From Parasitella parasitica NRRL 2501 (lineage: Eukaryota; Fungi; Mucoromycota): a stretch of 64,000 bases of DNA. This document shows, piece by piece, positions 50,250 through 62,713 of this stretch (position 1 is the first letter of the stretch; each line of letters begins with the position of its first letter). Location of the stretch: the NCBI GenBank assembly GCA_025201805.1, contig MU619269.1, positions 89,266 through 153,265 of the forward strand, in the 5' to 3' direction. The position numbers and the translations under genes are program-made. The notes below the pieces were generated by a model that was not told the origin of the DNA, searched no databases, and worked only from the letters and a program-made list of their open reading frames with translations.

Positions 50250-51030
50250 TTAGAAACCTGGATTAAACACAGGTCTTTTGGTATTCTCCCAAAACATGGA
50301 TCGCAATCTCACACCTAATGAATGTGCCCACAACACCCTTCGACTAGGCGGGGGCACAATTCTTTGTATACGGTGTTCACCAATGTAGCCCTGATGATCA
50401 AACTTGTATACAAAAACACCTTCGATGTGTCTTATCCGAGGTTCTGGTTGGAAAAACGTAGCGTTTTTTGTCCCTTGCATCTTCCACCTAACTTCCAAAC
50501 ATTTTACAACGCCTCGAGATTTGATATCTTGCTCAGTTTGTTTAATTGATGAGAACGGTATAACAGATGAATTACCATCACTATCATCAATCTCAGCATC
50601 ATCAGATATTACCCTCATTTTGGTAATTTCTAATAAAATATCATCGAAATACAAACTCGTACTCCATTTCAACATTTGCGCAATTCCTAAATACGGTGTA
50701 CGACCATAAATTGAAAGCTTTGTGTAGTGTGGATCCGATAATACAATGTCTGTAGAATAGATTGAATGTTCTGATAATCCTTTCTGAAAAAAATGCGGTA
50801 TATCATCCTGTAATGTTGCAATAGCTAGATAGTGATTAAAGATAAATATTTACGAACACAAGCATTTTGGCAGAGTATTGTTTACCATAGCCAACCCGTA
50901 ATTCGTATTCTTTTGGTCTCTTTCCTTGCTCCTCTTGTCTTTTCAAGGCTGTAGAGTGGAAGAAATATTTTCTGGAGCACAGCGAGGGAAGCGTGTGCTT
51001 TAACTGAACAAGTGGTCGGACTGACTGCAT
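50250..51030 (-). CDS. Uncharacterised mitochondrial protein, DUF2358/C6orf136-like; spliced
   Basis: Presequence-like start; LQDDIPHFF..G...IYS.DI...DP; VRW; EGVFVYKFD..G.I.EH.I..I.P. Confidence 0.6.
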
Positions 51031-51965
51031 GGTTGTTATAAGAATGTAAGCAAACGAAGTTGAGATTTATCTTGGGCAGACTCAAATGATTAACTGCGAG
51101 GGAGGGTCCTGTTCTGTTAAGCGTCACCCACAGTGTATGATGTTTCGTTGTATTGCGTTTGAAGCACCGCGTTTGCATAAGAATTTCAACTTTTGGGTTA
51201 ATTCAAGATGGAAGGTGATAGAGAAGATATTGATTAGGTCTAAAACGGAAAGGATATTTTTGTTTAAAATTAATATGCTAATTGCCAAGAAGGTATTCTT
51301 GTAATAGAAACAGCAAGCATTTGCGCTCACTTGAACTGATTTTGAAGCTGTTGATTCATTTTAATTTCAAATACATAATCTGATGATCACCGTATTTGTT
51401 TATCAAAAAATCTTTATCTGAAGTGTAATTGCGTTACATAATAATCATACGCTGCTAATATAACTTATTATAGTGTGCTGTACATTCTTAGCAGATCTGG
51501 TCTGGAAGCATCAAATGTGAAACTAATCAGCAGAACAATCAACATTTGGTTGTATGGTGTATTTTCCACAGATACTAGGAGTTCTTTTTTTNNNNNNNNN
51601 NATAAATACGCAATAGTATTATGTAAAAAAATTTGGAATGGGCATCAAATCCAAAGCTCACACCTCGCATTTAATTAAACACACTATCACATCGCCTTGT
51701 TGCTATGATACTGCAGTTGTTCTTGAGAGAGGCACACTCAGGAACACAATACTATCAATTTTATTATGCATCTTTATAATCAAAAATACAAAGGTTTTCA
51801 CAAAAAAAGAACACAAGTACCTTGAAATGATCATTTTTATGGTCTTCAGGCTGATGGATAACCTCTTGTCATGAGATCTGTCAGTGTTGATTAAATTGCC
51901 GCATTTAGGATCTTGATTAAGGTGACCGTGGTACATTCACTCTTTCCACTCATCCATTTATTTTC

Positions 51966-53563
51966 ATGTCTAGTAGTATAACCAAGTTCGATACAGGCCA
52001 TGAAGACCTTATTCATGATATTTCTTACGATTTTTACGGCAAGAGATTAGTGACATGCTCTTCTGATCAGCGTCTTAAAGTTTGGGATTTTGTCGAGCGA
52101 TCAGATGCTTCTGTATGGGAGCTCAACGACGCATGGAAAGCACACGATTCGTCTATTCATAAAGCTATCTGGGCAAGGCCTGAATACGGCCAGATTATCG
52201 CTAGTTGCTCTTTTGATAGACAAGTAAAGATTTGGGAAGAGCAAACAGTGGGTAAGTTTGCTATAATATTTCCATTTAAAAAACTGCTCATAATAGGACT
52301 ATCTAGAGCCAAGAAATAGCCAAAAGCGATGGGCAGAACGATTTCGCCTCGTAGACGCTAGAGGAGCCGTACTAGATATTGCATTTGCACCATCACAGGA
52401 TTCACTTAGGTTAGCAACTTGCTCTTCAGATGGCATAGTGCGTATTTATGAAGCCCTTGAACCAACGGACCTTGCGCAATGGTCTCAAATGGAAGAGTTT
52501 GAGATATCAAGTGCATATTATCAAAATTCTGATTCAAAATTTCAATCAGGAATCAGTCAGATTCATCAACAACAGCAACAGCAACAGCAACAATTACAAC
52601 AAAATCAATTACAACTTACACAGCAACAACCGCAAATTTCGCAAAATGGATTTTACCAAACACAGAACGCACACAATGCTTACCAACAGCATTCTCAGAC
52701 TCCAATGGGTTATCCGTACATGTCTACAAATCAGCTTCCTCAGCACCCATTTGGGCAACAACCAGTTCACACTAACAGCACAAGCTCCAGTGGTAGTTCT
52801 ATTGCAGGCCATGGATTGTCAACTCCTGGAGTATCCGATATTCCAACGATGACAAGTACCGTGCAGGGAGTTTCACCAGGATCAGCAACTGGTATTGCAG
52901 GTGTTTCAGCTGCAGTTGCTAGTAATGTTCACCGGCCCATAATTGCAGATAGTGGATATTGCATTGATTGGTGTCCCAACAGAACACCTTCGGCCATGAT
53001 AGCAGTAGGCCTCGGTAAAGAAATTGGCGCAAGAGTAAGTATTCGGTTGTGGATTATAATCTTATCTAACTACCATTAAATAGATTTTCAAACATGATGG
53101 TCATAATAGATGGATACCATCAGAGTTTCTACCGGGCCACACTCAAGAAGTTCATGATATAAGTTGGGCGCCAAGTATGGCTAGATCATATCAGTTGATT
53201 GCAACTGCTAGTAAAGACAATTTAGTGAGAATCTATAAACTCACAGAACAGCAGCAGCAGCAACAGCAACAACAGCAACAGTCGCAGACGCAGCCACAGC
53301 AACAACAACAAAGAGGCCGTGTTCCTAATTCACCAGCTGGCACGCCTACGCAAGCAGGAGCTGCCAACAGATCATATCATATAGAGTTAATCGCATCGTT
53401 TAATGACCACAAAGCCGAGGTATGGAAAGTTGAATGGAATATTACAGGGACTATCTTGTCTTCTTCTGGCGATGATGGTAAATTGAGGTTATGGACAGCA
53501 GGTTACGACGGGAAATGGAGGCAAATGGCTGCCATCACTGCGAATACGCAGGTGCACTCGTAA
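51966..53563 (+). CDS. SEH1: Nucleoporin/GATOR2 subunit Seh1 (WD40); spliced
   Basis: HEDLIHDISYDFYGKRLVTCSSDQ, WARPEYGQIIASCSFDR, EWNITGTILSSSGDDG. Confidence 0.93.
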
Positions 53564-53949
53564 TAAATTCACATAAAAATGCAAGCTACTTTTTTGGTTC
53601 ATAATATTTATTTTAAAAAACATAGTACTTGAAACCTATTGAGCATGCTTGCTCAAGCGGATCAGGGTTTCTTGAGAAAAATTCTCTAATACGGCAATGG
53701 TGAGAATAATAACCATGAGGTTGCATCCGAATCTTAATCTTGTTTTTATACTTTACTTGTAAAGCCGGTCTACATATCTATACAACAGACGCTATACATT
53801 TTGATCTTCACGGTAGCAAATGCTTTGGTGAATTTTATTTTTATTGTCGTTATTGTTATATCCTTTTCCTGGATAGATGGGTAAAATATTTATAAGATGA
53901 CAAACACGTTATTATTGTGGGATTCAAGCAGGGTGAATGTCTATTTCAA

Positions 53950-54379
53950 TTACTCGGTTACAACCTTTTTGGGTCTGCCTCGGGCACGCTTGGGAATTGA
54001 TGGATCAACTTGTTTAGCAGATGATTTCTTTGTGCCATCATTATTCAATTTCGCAGGTCTGCCACGTTTTCTCTTTACGACAGGCTAATGTATAAACGAA
54101 ACAAATTGATTACATGTCCATCACCATGTAAAAATATTACTTTACCTCTCCTTCTTGTTTATTTTCAGATACGTTCAAGCCTTGCACATCTTTTTCATCT
54201 TTTTCATCTTTTTCCTGGACCTGTTCAGTATTCTCCATAGGAGCGGGTTCGGCGGCTTTTTTGGATTGGGGTCTTCCCCTTTTACGAGTGACTGGAGGAG
54301 AATTGTTTTCGTTTGATGTTGCTGATGCAGTATCCGAATTCTTGCTATCAGCAGCATTGCTTTTTCTTGTAGGTGCCAT
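53950..54379 (-). CDS. Small protein (~122 aa) with three AT-hooks, HMGA-like; exons 54379-54146 and 54084-53950
   Basis: RKRGRPQ, KRKRGRPA, KRARGRPKK; canonical intron. The start abuts an N gap, so it may extend further. Confidence 0.75.
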
Positions 54380-55118
54380 NNNNNNNNNNNNNNNNNNNNN
54401 NNNNNNNNNNNNNNNNNNNNNNNNNNNNNNNNNNAAAAAAAAAAAAAAAAAAAAAAAAAGAAAGGGAAAAAGTTTATCTTTCATTGCAATTGGCCGTCCC
54501 CTCCTTTTTCGACTATGGTATTTCTTCGTCTTATAGAATCACATATCCAATTATATCAAAACGATATCCATAAGACAATCTTGTAACGATCCATATTTAT
54601 TCCTGTAAATAAAGCAGCTTCCAAAAGTCTTTTCGTACCAGAACTAAACTTTTAATCTTCAGCGAACCTCAAGTGTTCGTCATGCACAAATTTGATTTTC
54701 GAAATACATGAGAAGCGCAAAATAATTCAACAGTCTATACTGCACATTTATGATTAAATCTTTCCACTTTTATTGGCAAATGAGGCATTCCAACGTCAGG
54801 CGATAGCTAGTTTCCCAAAAAAAATATTACTTATTCAATGTTATCTGTAGTTTACTTTTACTATATATTTACAACTAACAAATGCTGGTTCAAAAGTAGA
54901 AGGCGTGGTAGTGCTGATGTTAGCGCTACCGTTGTCTCACTCACATTAAAAAAAAAATCGTTTATAAAAGTACGCATTTAATTTCATCAAGTGATAGCGT
55001 TTTGAGCATGCTTTTCTGTTTTACCTTAACAGAAATAATTTAGCAAGTAAGGGAATGTTGAGAATTTGAATGTCTGATTTTACAGCTACAAATGATTGTC
55101 TATAAATCATTTTATCCG

Positions 55119-57076
55119 TTAATTTTGACCAAAAAATCTTGTCATAACACTTAAATAATGAGAATTGATCGTATCCTTGTCGTTTTGATATAGTGTCATT
55201 AAAGTACCCATAGATGCCATGAACAGAAGAATATCTCCATGCGGTATATTTTTAACTTGTCCATTTTTGCACAAAGTATTCCATAACGATTCCAAGGCTC
55301 TTGGAAGACAGTATAATCCAAGTTCTTTTAAAACAGAGTTAGCCATGTAAATGGGAGGATGTTTCTCAATTTTACCTAATTGTCGCCCAGGTGCTTCGAT
55401 GAATACCATACCGCCAGCCACAGCACCAGCAGCGGCATAAATCCAAGGTTTATCAGTACCTGTTAATCGACGCAGCCAGCAGGGTGTCGATAATCCCATA
55501 ACAACATACATTGTCAAAAACAACGCGGACCTTAAACATGAGGCTATGAATTTCTGCATAACTGTTTTAGGACTACATGTCAGATCAGCAACATGATTAG
55601 CGAGATTATAATATCATTTGCTATCTTTATACACTTTACTTTGCGGTTAATTGTTTAGATCTAAACACAGCCAACATAATCTACATGGCGATAATTTAGT
55701 GAAACAAAAACTAGCGGATTACCTTAATCATTATACTTACAACATTCAGGGGTACATACAATTTGAGAGATCTTAAAAACTCGTCCTTGAACAGGGCAAG
55801 TTTATCCGTCGTACAGCTATCGTTTAAAGGGTGTTGAATTGCGCACATGATGTATTTATGATTCATTTTAGAATTAATAGCGTTTCCAATATTTGGGCTG
55901 ACAAATCGAGAAATAAACTCGCGACTGGAATTGCCGTTGGGAATCTTAATATCCACGTTGTCTTCTACTAAATGGTTGACAGTAATTCCCACAGCCTCAG
56001 CAATGCGAGCAGCCATACCGTCAAAATTCTTCTTGAACCCGGAATGAGTGAGCAGGAAGGCAAAATATGATTTAGGTAGAGTGTCATTGTTGAATAAAAA
56101 CGAATAAATGATCTGTGCACTGGCAATCATCATTACGCCGACTCCCGAAAATTTCGCTATATACTTGGCCAAATGGTCATCCCATTTCTCTTCCCCGGGA
56201 TGGTCTTCCTTGCGCCTAATTGCCCATTGCTTCATCAGCCAAGCGCCATTGAATTGAAGCGCCCTTGTGAGTAAATAAAGCATAATGGACTGTCTTCTCT
56301 GCTTATCTCTGTCCAAAGCAAGAGCTAAACCAGCTAAACTTCCTGCTACAAATGCATTCAACCGATCGGATCTTCTGCCGCTTGTCTTTCTGAAATGTCT
56401 CATGGTGCAAAGAATTGCTTTATAACTGCTAATAAATGTACTCAGGAATAAAGCAAAACTGGCTGTATCTCTGAAATCAGACATAAATCCAAGGTTAACA
56501 CATATGAAGAAACCCGCACCATCCGCTACACTATAAATTACCTTCCTGCCATTTGCTTCAACACGCCTGGTCTATAGATATACTTGATGAGTACGAATTC
56601 TACTTGCTTGGCTGTACATAATATGCAATATGCATAGAAAATACCCACTTCTTTAATATCTTTCCCGATAACAGCGCAGGCAAGATTCCAATCAGACATT
56701 TCACAACAAACGCTACTGTAAAGGTCTTGATGAAACCTCTGCTGCAATTCTGAGTGCATGTTTTGCCTTCATGACGACATAAATTGGGTTTATTTTTCTC
56801 GGCTGCCGTAATATCCAAGTTCAATCTGCTCAAATTATGGCTGTGAAAAGAGCATATGTTGAGTGTTTTCCTTTTAAATGTAAATAACTGTGATTGTAAA
56901 TACCTGCTAAGTCTCTTCAATTTTTCCTGAAATGAGCGAATAGAAGAAATAACAGTTTCCGTCTCTTGATCAGTCAAAAGCTTCGAGATAATTTGTGCCA
57001 GACTCTCTAGAAAATTCTCGTAGTAAGTTGAGGGTATCGGCATCATCCCTCCAGCACCTGCAATAATGTCTGACAT
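55119..57076 (-). CDS. TMEM135-like membrane protein; spliced
   Basis: RLNAFVAGSLAGLAL, MLYLLTRA, SLKLYVPLN, ELGLYCLPRALES. Confidence 0.75.
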
Positions 57077-58004
57077 GATTTCAAAACAGAGAAAAAAGTA
57101 GTAGAAAAGTAAAATGACTCAACCCCATAAATAAATAACGTAAGGTTTTTAAGCTTCTCCATTTGGATTTCTCATCATGTGATACGGCAAGTTTTGTATG
57201 CTTACACCTTTGTATGCATTCTGCATTTGGACATAAAAACGTTAGTCATTGAAATGATATGCTAATGCTTTTTCAATCAAATGTATAAAGTCCAGTGCAT
57301 TATTATATCAAGAAATGCTTGATGTTCTATATCTCAACTCGGCACAGTAATAATACAAGGAAGAATGCTTATATGCAATTATGCACAAGGATATATTTGT
57401 GTAAAATAAGCTTGGATATTGACAGGTTGTTGAATGTTTGTGTTTATTCCAAATCAATTCATTCCTCTTTCTCGGCTCTATATTATTCACTCCTCTTTTT
57501 CCTGTTAGCTTTAATGTCTTCAAGTGAAACGGTCATAGTAACACGACTTATGACAGTTGTCGCTTGAAGAGCTCTTTTTTCATGAGCATGAGCATAACTT
57601 GTTCCTGTTTCCTACAGTGCTACTACACAGTAGGTAGTGGGTGGCAGTTGGATGAAATAAAATAGCGTTAAAGTATGCCAGTTTTAGGTGTAAAATGTGT
57701 CCTCATGATTAAAGATGAAGAAGACGTTTGTCTTGTCATGCATGTTGTTAAAAACATTATATAGAAAAAAAAATTATAAAATGCTTTACTACGATTTAAT
57801 AAGATCTCTATAGAGAAAAAAATTAATTATGAAAAATGCAATACGTTTTTGAGCGTCTATTGCAGCACCACTTTCTTCGGAAAATGTTTATAAACGACAA
57901 TACGACTAATGAAAATGAAACAATGTAGGTTTTAGTGCTATGAGAGCGGTTATAATAAGGGTAAAAAGGTGAAACAGGCAAAAGAGAGTTGCGCATGAGA
58001 TGAA

Positions 58005-58934
58005 TTACAACCCCTTTTTCTTTTGAAGACGCTTCTCTTCAGCTTGACGAGCACGATAGGCACGATACTTAACATCAGTACCAAAGATATAATCCCACCA
58101 CCGGAAACTGGAAGCATAGTTGCCAACAAATGCCATATGGTGGTAATCATGATGATCTGCACCGGCCCAGAAAGGAATAAAATGACGAAGAGACCAAGGA
58201 AAATCATAGCCAGAATGACAATCAATGGCTTGGAAGAGACGGCACATAATCCAGAAGAGCATGGTGAACATATGAAGTTGCCAGTCTCGAGAACCATGAA
58301 AGTAGTGGGATTGTACAAAATGGTAAATTAGGGGACCACCAATGGTCCCAAAGCCAAGAATTGAAGTTTCTAGAGGATGAGCATACTCGGCGGCAATGCC
58401 GATAGGAGCAGCATATTCGTGATGAACCTTATGTATTGACTTGTAAAGAGGAGGCCAATGCATAAGTCGATGTACACAATAATGGTAGGCGTCTTCATAA
58501 ACAAAAAAGATTGCAATTTGTGGCCAAATGTATTTCCTATGGCACATAAAGTCTTAGCTTCGTATTTTTTGAATAGGTGACGAAACTTACCATTGAGGAA
58601 AGGGAGCAGAGATATTCATACCCAAGAAGGTAGCCATTGGATGGAAAAAGAATATGAGAGGAGCCTCATAGAGGAAATGTTGGTAGAGGACTTCCTTGGT
58701 ACATTTCCAATAGTCAGCCGAAGTGTTTACTTTATTTTGTTGAATCTTGTACTGTTTGAAATAAGGAATGAAATCGCACAAAAGGAATGGAAGGAAACGG
58801 CCAAAATAAACCAATTCGTGCATTATAAAAGCTACAATGCCAGTGACAAGCAAAGGATTACGATCCTTGTAAAGTTCTTCCCATTGATTCTCCAGCCAAT
58901 TCAGTTGATATTGCTCTGCCAGAGTAGAATTCAT
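58005..58934 (-). CDS. ERG25: C-4 methylsterol oxidase; one intron
   Basis: His boxes HRLMH, HKVHH, HHDYHH; EYAHPLE; HSGYDFPWS; C-terminal dilysine KKKGL. Confidence 0.96.
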
Positions 58935-59070
58935 TGCACGAATAAATATATTTAAAAAAGACAAATAAATTAGACGAGCAAAAGAGATTCTTTAGATAGA
59001 AAGAGATCAAATCTATTCATATTTATATTCGTAAGATGTTTAGGATGTCCTTCGGTATGCCACACCGAAA

Positions 59071-59099
59071 ATCACTCCCCAAATGTCAAATGGGGTGAT
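59071..59099. promoter_or_regulatory. Inverted pair of SREBP-type sterol regulatory elements in the ERG25 promoter
   Basis: ATCACCCCAT on the minus strand (59090-59099) matches SRE-1 ATCACCCCAC at 9 of 10 positions; ATCACTCCCC on the plus strand (59071-59080). Confidence 0.55.
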
Positions 59100-59158
59100 T
59101 TTTTATGCGGAAATTGAACCTACTAGCTAAACAACTAAAACAGGATTTCTGTCGTTTA

Positions 59159-60831
59159 CTGTGCTTCCACTCCCAATTTACCGAATTTTTGAGAACTCCG
59201 CCCACTTTTTTGAATTGTTTTGGACATTTTTGTGAGGCTAAATTGCCCAAAAATTTGAGACTAATTTGACCAGATGTTNNNNNNNNNNNNNNNNNNNNNN
59301 NNNNNNNNNNNNNNNNNNNNNNNNNNNNNNNNNNNNNNNNNNNNNNNNNNNNNNNNNNNNNNNNNNNNNNNNNNNNNNNNNNNNNNNNNNNNNNNNNNNN
59401 NNNNNNNNNNNNNNNNNNNNNNNNNNNNNNNNNNNNNNNNNNNNNNNNNNNNNNNNNNNNNNNNNNNNNNNNNNNNNNNNNNNNNNNNNNNNNNNNNNNN
59501 NNNNNNNNNNNNNNNNNNNNNNNNNNNNNNNNNNNNNNNNNNNNNNNNNNNNNNNNNNNNNNNNNNNNNNNNNNNNNNNNNNNNNNNNNNNNNNNNNNNN
59601 NNNNNNNNNNNNNNNNNNNNNNNNNNNNNNNNNNNNNNNNNNNNNNNNNNNNNNNNNNNNNNNAAAGATCCAGAGCACAACATCCCTTTTAAAAAAACAA
59701 ACCGCACTTCTATCTGTCATAAAAGTAAGCTAAACGAGAGCCATAAGGAACATATCACCTCCTTCTTTGATGAAAACCCATCCGCAGTCATCCAAGACGC
59801 AGTGGAAGATTTAACGAGAAGCTTTGAAGGCTTAGAAATTAAGAAGAGTAGAGTTGCTGAGTTCATGAAAGAAGAGTGCAACCTGAGCATAAAAGTTGTT
59901 ACTCGTCATCCTCAGGCAAGAAACAGCAAAACAACTTTGGAGGCCCGTGCCAAATGGATTGAGGAATGGGTTCAAAAGGGCATGCTTTTTATGCAAAACT
60001 GTGTCTTTCTTGACGAGGCAGGTTTTGACATTAATATGCGTCGTTCAAGAGCTTGGTCAAAACGTGGTACTGAGGCAGTCATCGAGTCACCCTCTGCGAG
60101 GGGGGTTTCTCATACAATTATCGGTGCTATTTCAGCATTTGGTGTAGTAAATGTAAGTATGAGAGAGCCAGGAAATGTCAAAAAAAGAAAAGTTGTTGGC
60201 GCTACAAAACGTAAGGTCACTGGAGATGCTGTCTCAACTATTCCCAAAGGCACCACAGCTGGACATTTTATACAGTTTATCAGCGATACGTTGGATATCA
60301 TGGATGAATTTCCCAGTATGAAAGGCTTCCATATTGTAATGGACAATGCTCCCATCCATACCCCGGGAGTTATTGACCCTATTATCAAAGAAAGAGGGTA
60401 TATACCTGTATATTTACCACCCTACTCGCCTGAGCTGAATCCTATTGAAATGTTTTGGAAAGTTTTAAAAGACAGAGTCAAAAGAGGCAAGCTTAGTGAT
60501 GTTGAAACTCTTACTTCTAGAGTTATTGAGGGCAGCGAAGATGTTCCCGTTGAGCATTTACAAAATTTTATTCAACACTCAATCGATATTTTTCCAAAAT
60601 GCATTAATAAAGAAGCTATATAATCACTTTTACATTTTATCAAAAAGTGGTCAACTCAATTAAGTAAAAGTTGGTCAATTTATTTTCAAAAAATTGGTCA
60701 AATTAGCTTCAAATATCTGGTCAAATTAGTCTCAAATTTTTAGGCAATTTAGCCTCACAAAAATGTCCAAAACAATTCAAAAAAGTGGGCGGAGTTTTCA
60801 AAAATTCGGTAAATTGGGAGTGGAAGCACAG
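59159..60831 (+). mobile_element. Tc1/mariner DNA transposon with long TIRs and TA target duplication
   Basis: TA|CTGTGCTTCCACTCCCAATTTACCG at the left end and CGGTAAATTGGGAGTGGAAGCACAG|TA at the right end; TIRs match for about 118 bp, up to the N gap, with about 3 mismatches. Confidence 0.96.
59665..60623 (+). CDS. DD34E transposase, 5' part hidden in the N gap
   Basis: FLDEAGF, then VMDNAPIH with 34 residues to the Glu in PYSPELNPIE; the visible part has no stops. Confidence 0.93.
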
Positions 60832-61396
60832 TACAGCAATTTATATCCTATAATATATATCTGCTATCTATACGCAGAAAGGGGTTATTTGTAGAAGCTT
60901 CTTTGAAACGGTAGCGCCGATTTTCGAGCATGGGAAAAATGCCTTGATTGAAACGATTGCTATGATTCGTATAGTGTCTTTTGTAATTGGTTTTTATTTT
61001 GCTGTTAATCATCCCGATCCTAAATTTTGTAGACTTTAGAGCATGTCGTAGCGTTCCTTTCCTTTCTCTAGAGAAGTGTTACACTACATGTTGTATCTTG
61101 CTCAACATTTATGCAATTTGGCACTAGACTCAACTCGATTATAAGTGCTTTTTTTTTAAAAAAAAAATTGAGAAAATAGGAACCTGTTTGGCCAATTCTT
61201 GGCAACGAAGTAGATGAATGGTGTTGTCCCGTTCATATCCTTTATCGCCCACCGATGAAGTCAAAACTGATGATGCTATTACACAATCCTCAATCGTTTA
61301 TTAGTTCATATTTATATGTACAAAGTCTCTAATCTTGTATAGGGGTATCACTATAAGTTTTCTCCTGTGTTTGCTGAGTCTATGAAATATATACAG

Positions 61397-62713
61397 CTAA
61401 AAAAACAATGTTTGACAAAACTCTTCATTCGAAACATCATGCCAAAATGCCATTGCACTCATAACACCAAAATAATGAGCAAGAACTGCAATCGTGACAC
61501 ATATATGAAAGATTTGGTGAGAAGCACCCTACGTATCCGGAAATTAGCACATTAATCTCTTGATTTTCACCCAAGCACACTTACAAACATATTAAATTTG
61601 CCAGGCATAACACGCTCAGGGAAGCGACACCCATAAATCAAAGCACCAGCAATATATGTGGTAGCCATAAGTGCCATATGACCTAATGCGATGGTCTTTG
61701 TAGCATTTGTCAACTAAGGCAAATCGGATCAGTATCACGATACAACTCCCCATCACACTTAATTTACTTACACCGTAAATCCATATGCCATGAAAAGTAG
61801 GGATCAAACCAAACAAACCCAAAGCCATAAAAAGCGAGGCGCGAATCCATCTGTAGGCAGGTGTACGAAAATGTTTCATCAATGTGACAGCAGCCTACGA
61901 TAACCACGCAACGTTTAATTGTCTATTATACTAGCCGTGTTAGCATACTTACGGTTACAGATCCCAGTGATACGATGATCGACAAATAGACAACTAGCGA
62001 GTGTCTCAATCAATAGGCATTTACATAAAAACCTGCATTGTGAGTGGGTCTTACCTTGTAAAATATGATGACAATGAAATCCATAGTATATCACAGGGAA
62101 AAAGGAACCACTTTGTTCAAACGCAGATTAATAACGTGTGTAATAGTCAAGAATCGTTACTTACACAATAAGACAAGTAATGCCTGCGTAATCACAGCGA
62201 TTCCATGTCGCTGCTACCTTTTCCGAATGGCATGAAAAACAGTGAAAGCTAGCGCTAAAGCCCAAACACAATAATGCGCCCGCAATAAACAAAAAGAAAT
62301 AAGTGATATCAAATGTGGTCAGACTTTCTTGAAAAGGCTGATTCAACAAAAAATGAATTCCAAAACCAACAAACAGAATAAATGTCAACAAATGACTCCA
62401 AATGTTCACTACACAACCGACATTGAATACCAACCAAAAAAGCTTTTTCAAAACTACACGTACCACTCTCATTGTGGAGATAACCCAAGCTCTTTGCACA
62501 CTCCCAATAACTGTTGGTTTGACGTCTATAACCACCGGTAATATACACATTATCTTGCATCCAGGCTGGAATTTCATTCCAGCTTAAAATGAGCTTGTCA
62601 GATTGTTTGGGTAACAATCTGTCTGTTGCTTGAGCTTGGCCATCTACATTTTCAAATTGCTCTTGTGTCCTAGGATTGCTAGCATGAGCTGTACTACGCT
62701 GCTGAATTGCCAT
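61397..62713 (-). CDS. PAQR/adiponectin-receptor-like (Izh family) protein; spliced
   Basis: PAWMQDN.YI..GYR, HNESVNIWSH, SASFH...CHS, DYAGI, FPER..PG.F, GASHQIFH. Confidence 0.93.

Noticed and set aside
59152-59158. TCGTTTA, a Upc2-like site at the transposon junction
   Set aside because: Upc2 control of sterol genes is a Saccharomycotina feature, and a 7-mer is expected by chance.
59238-59733. ORFs made of X residues
   Set aside because: Artefacts of the N gap.
60648-60790. Regularly spaced repeats that might suggest a CRISPR array
   Set aside because: No unique spacers, eukaryotic context, and they lie within the transposon end.
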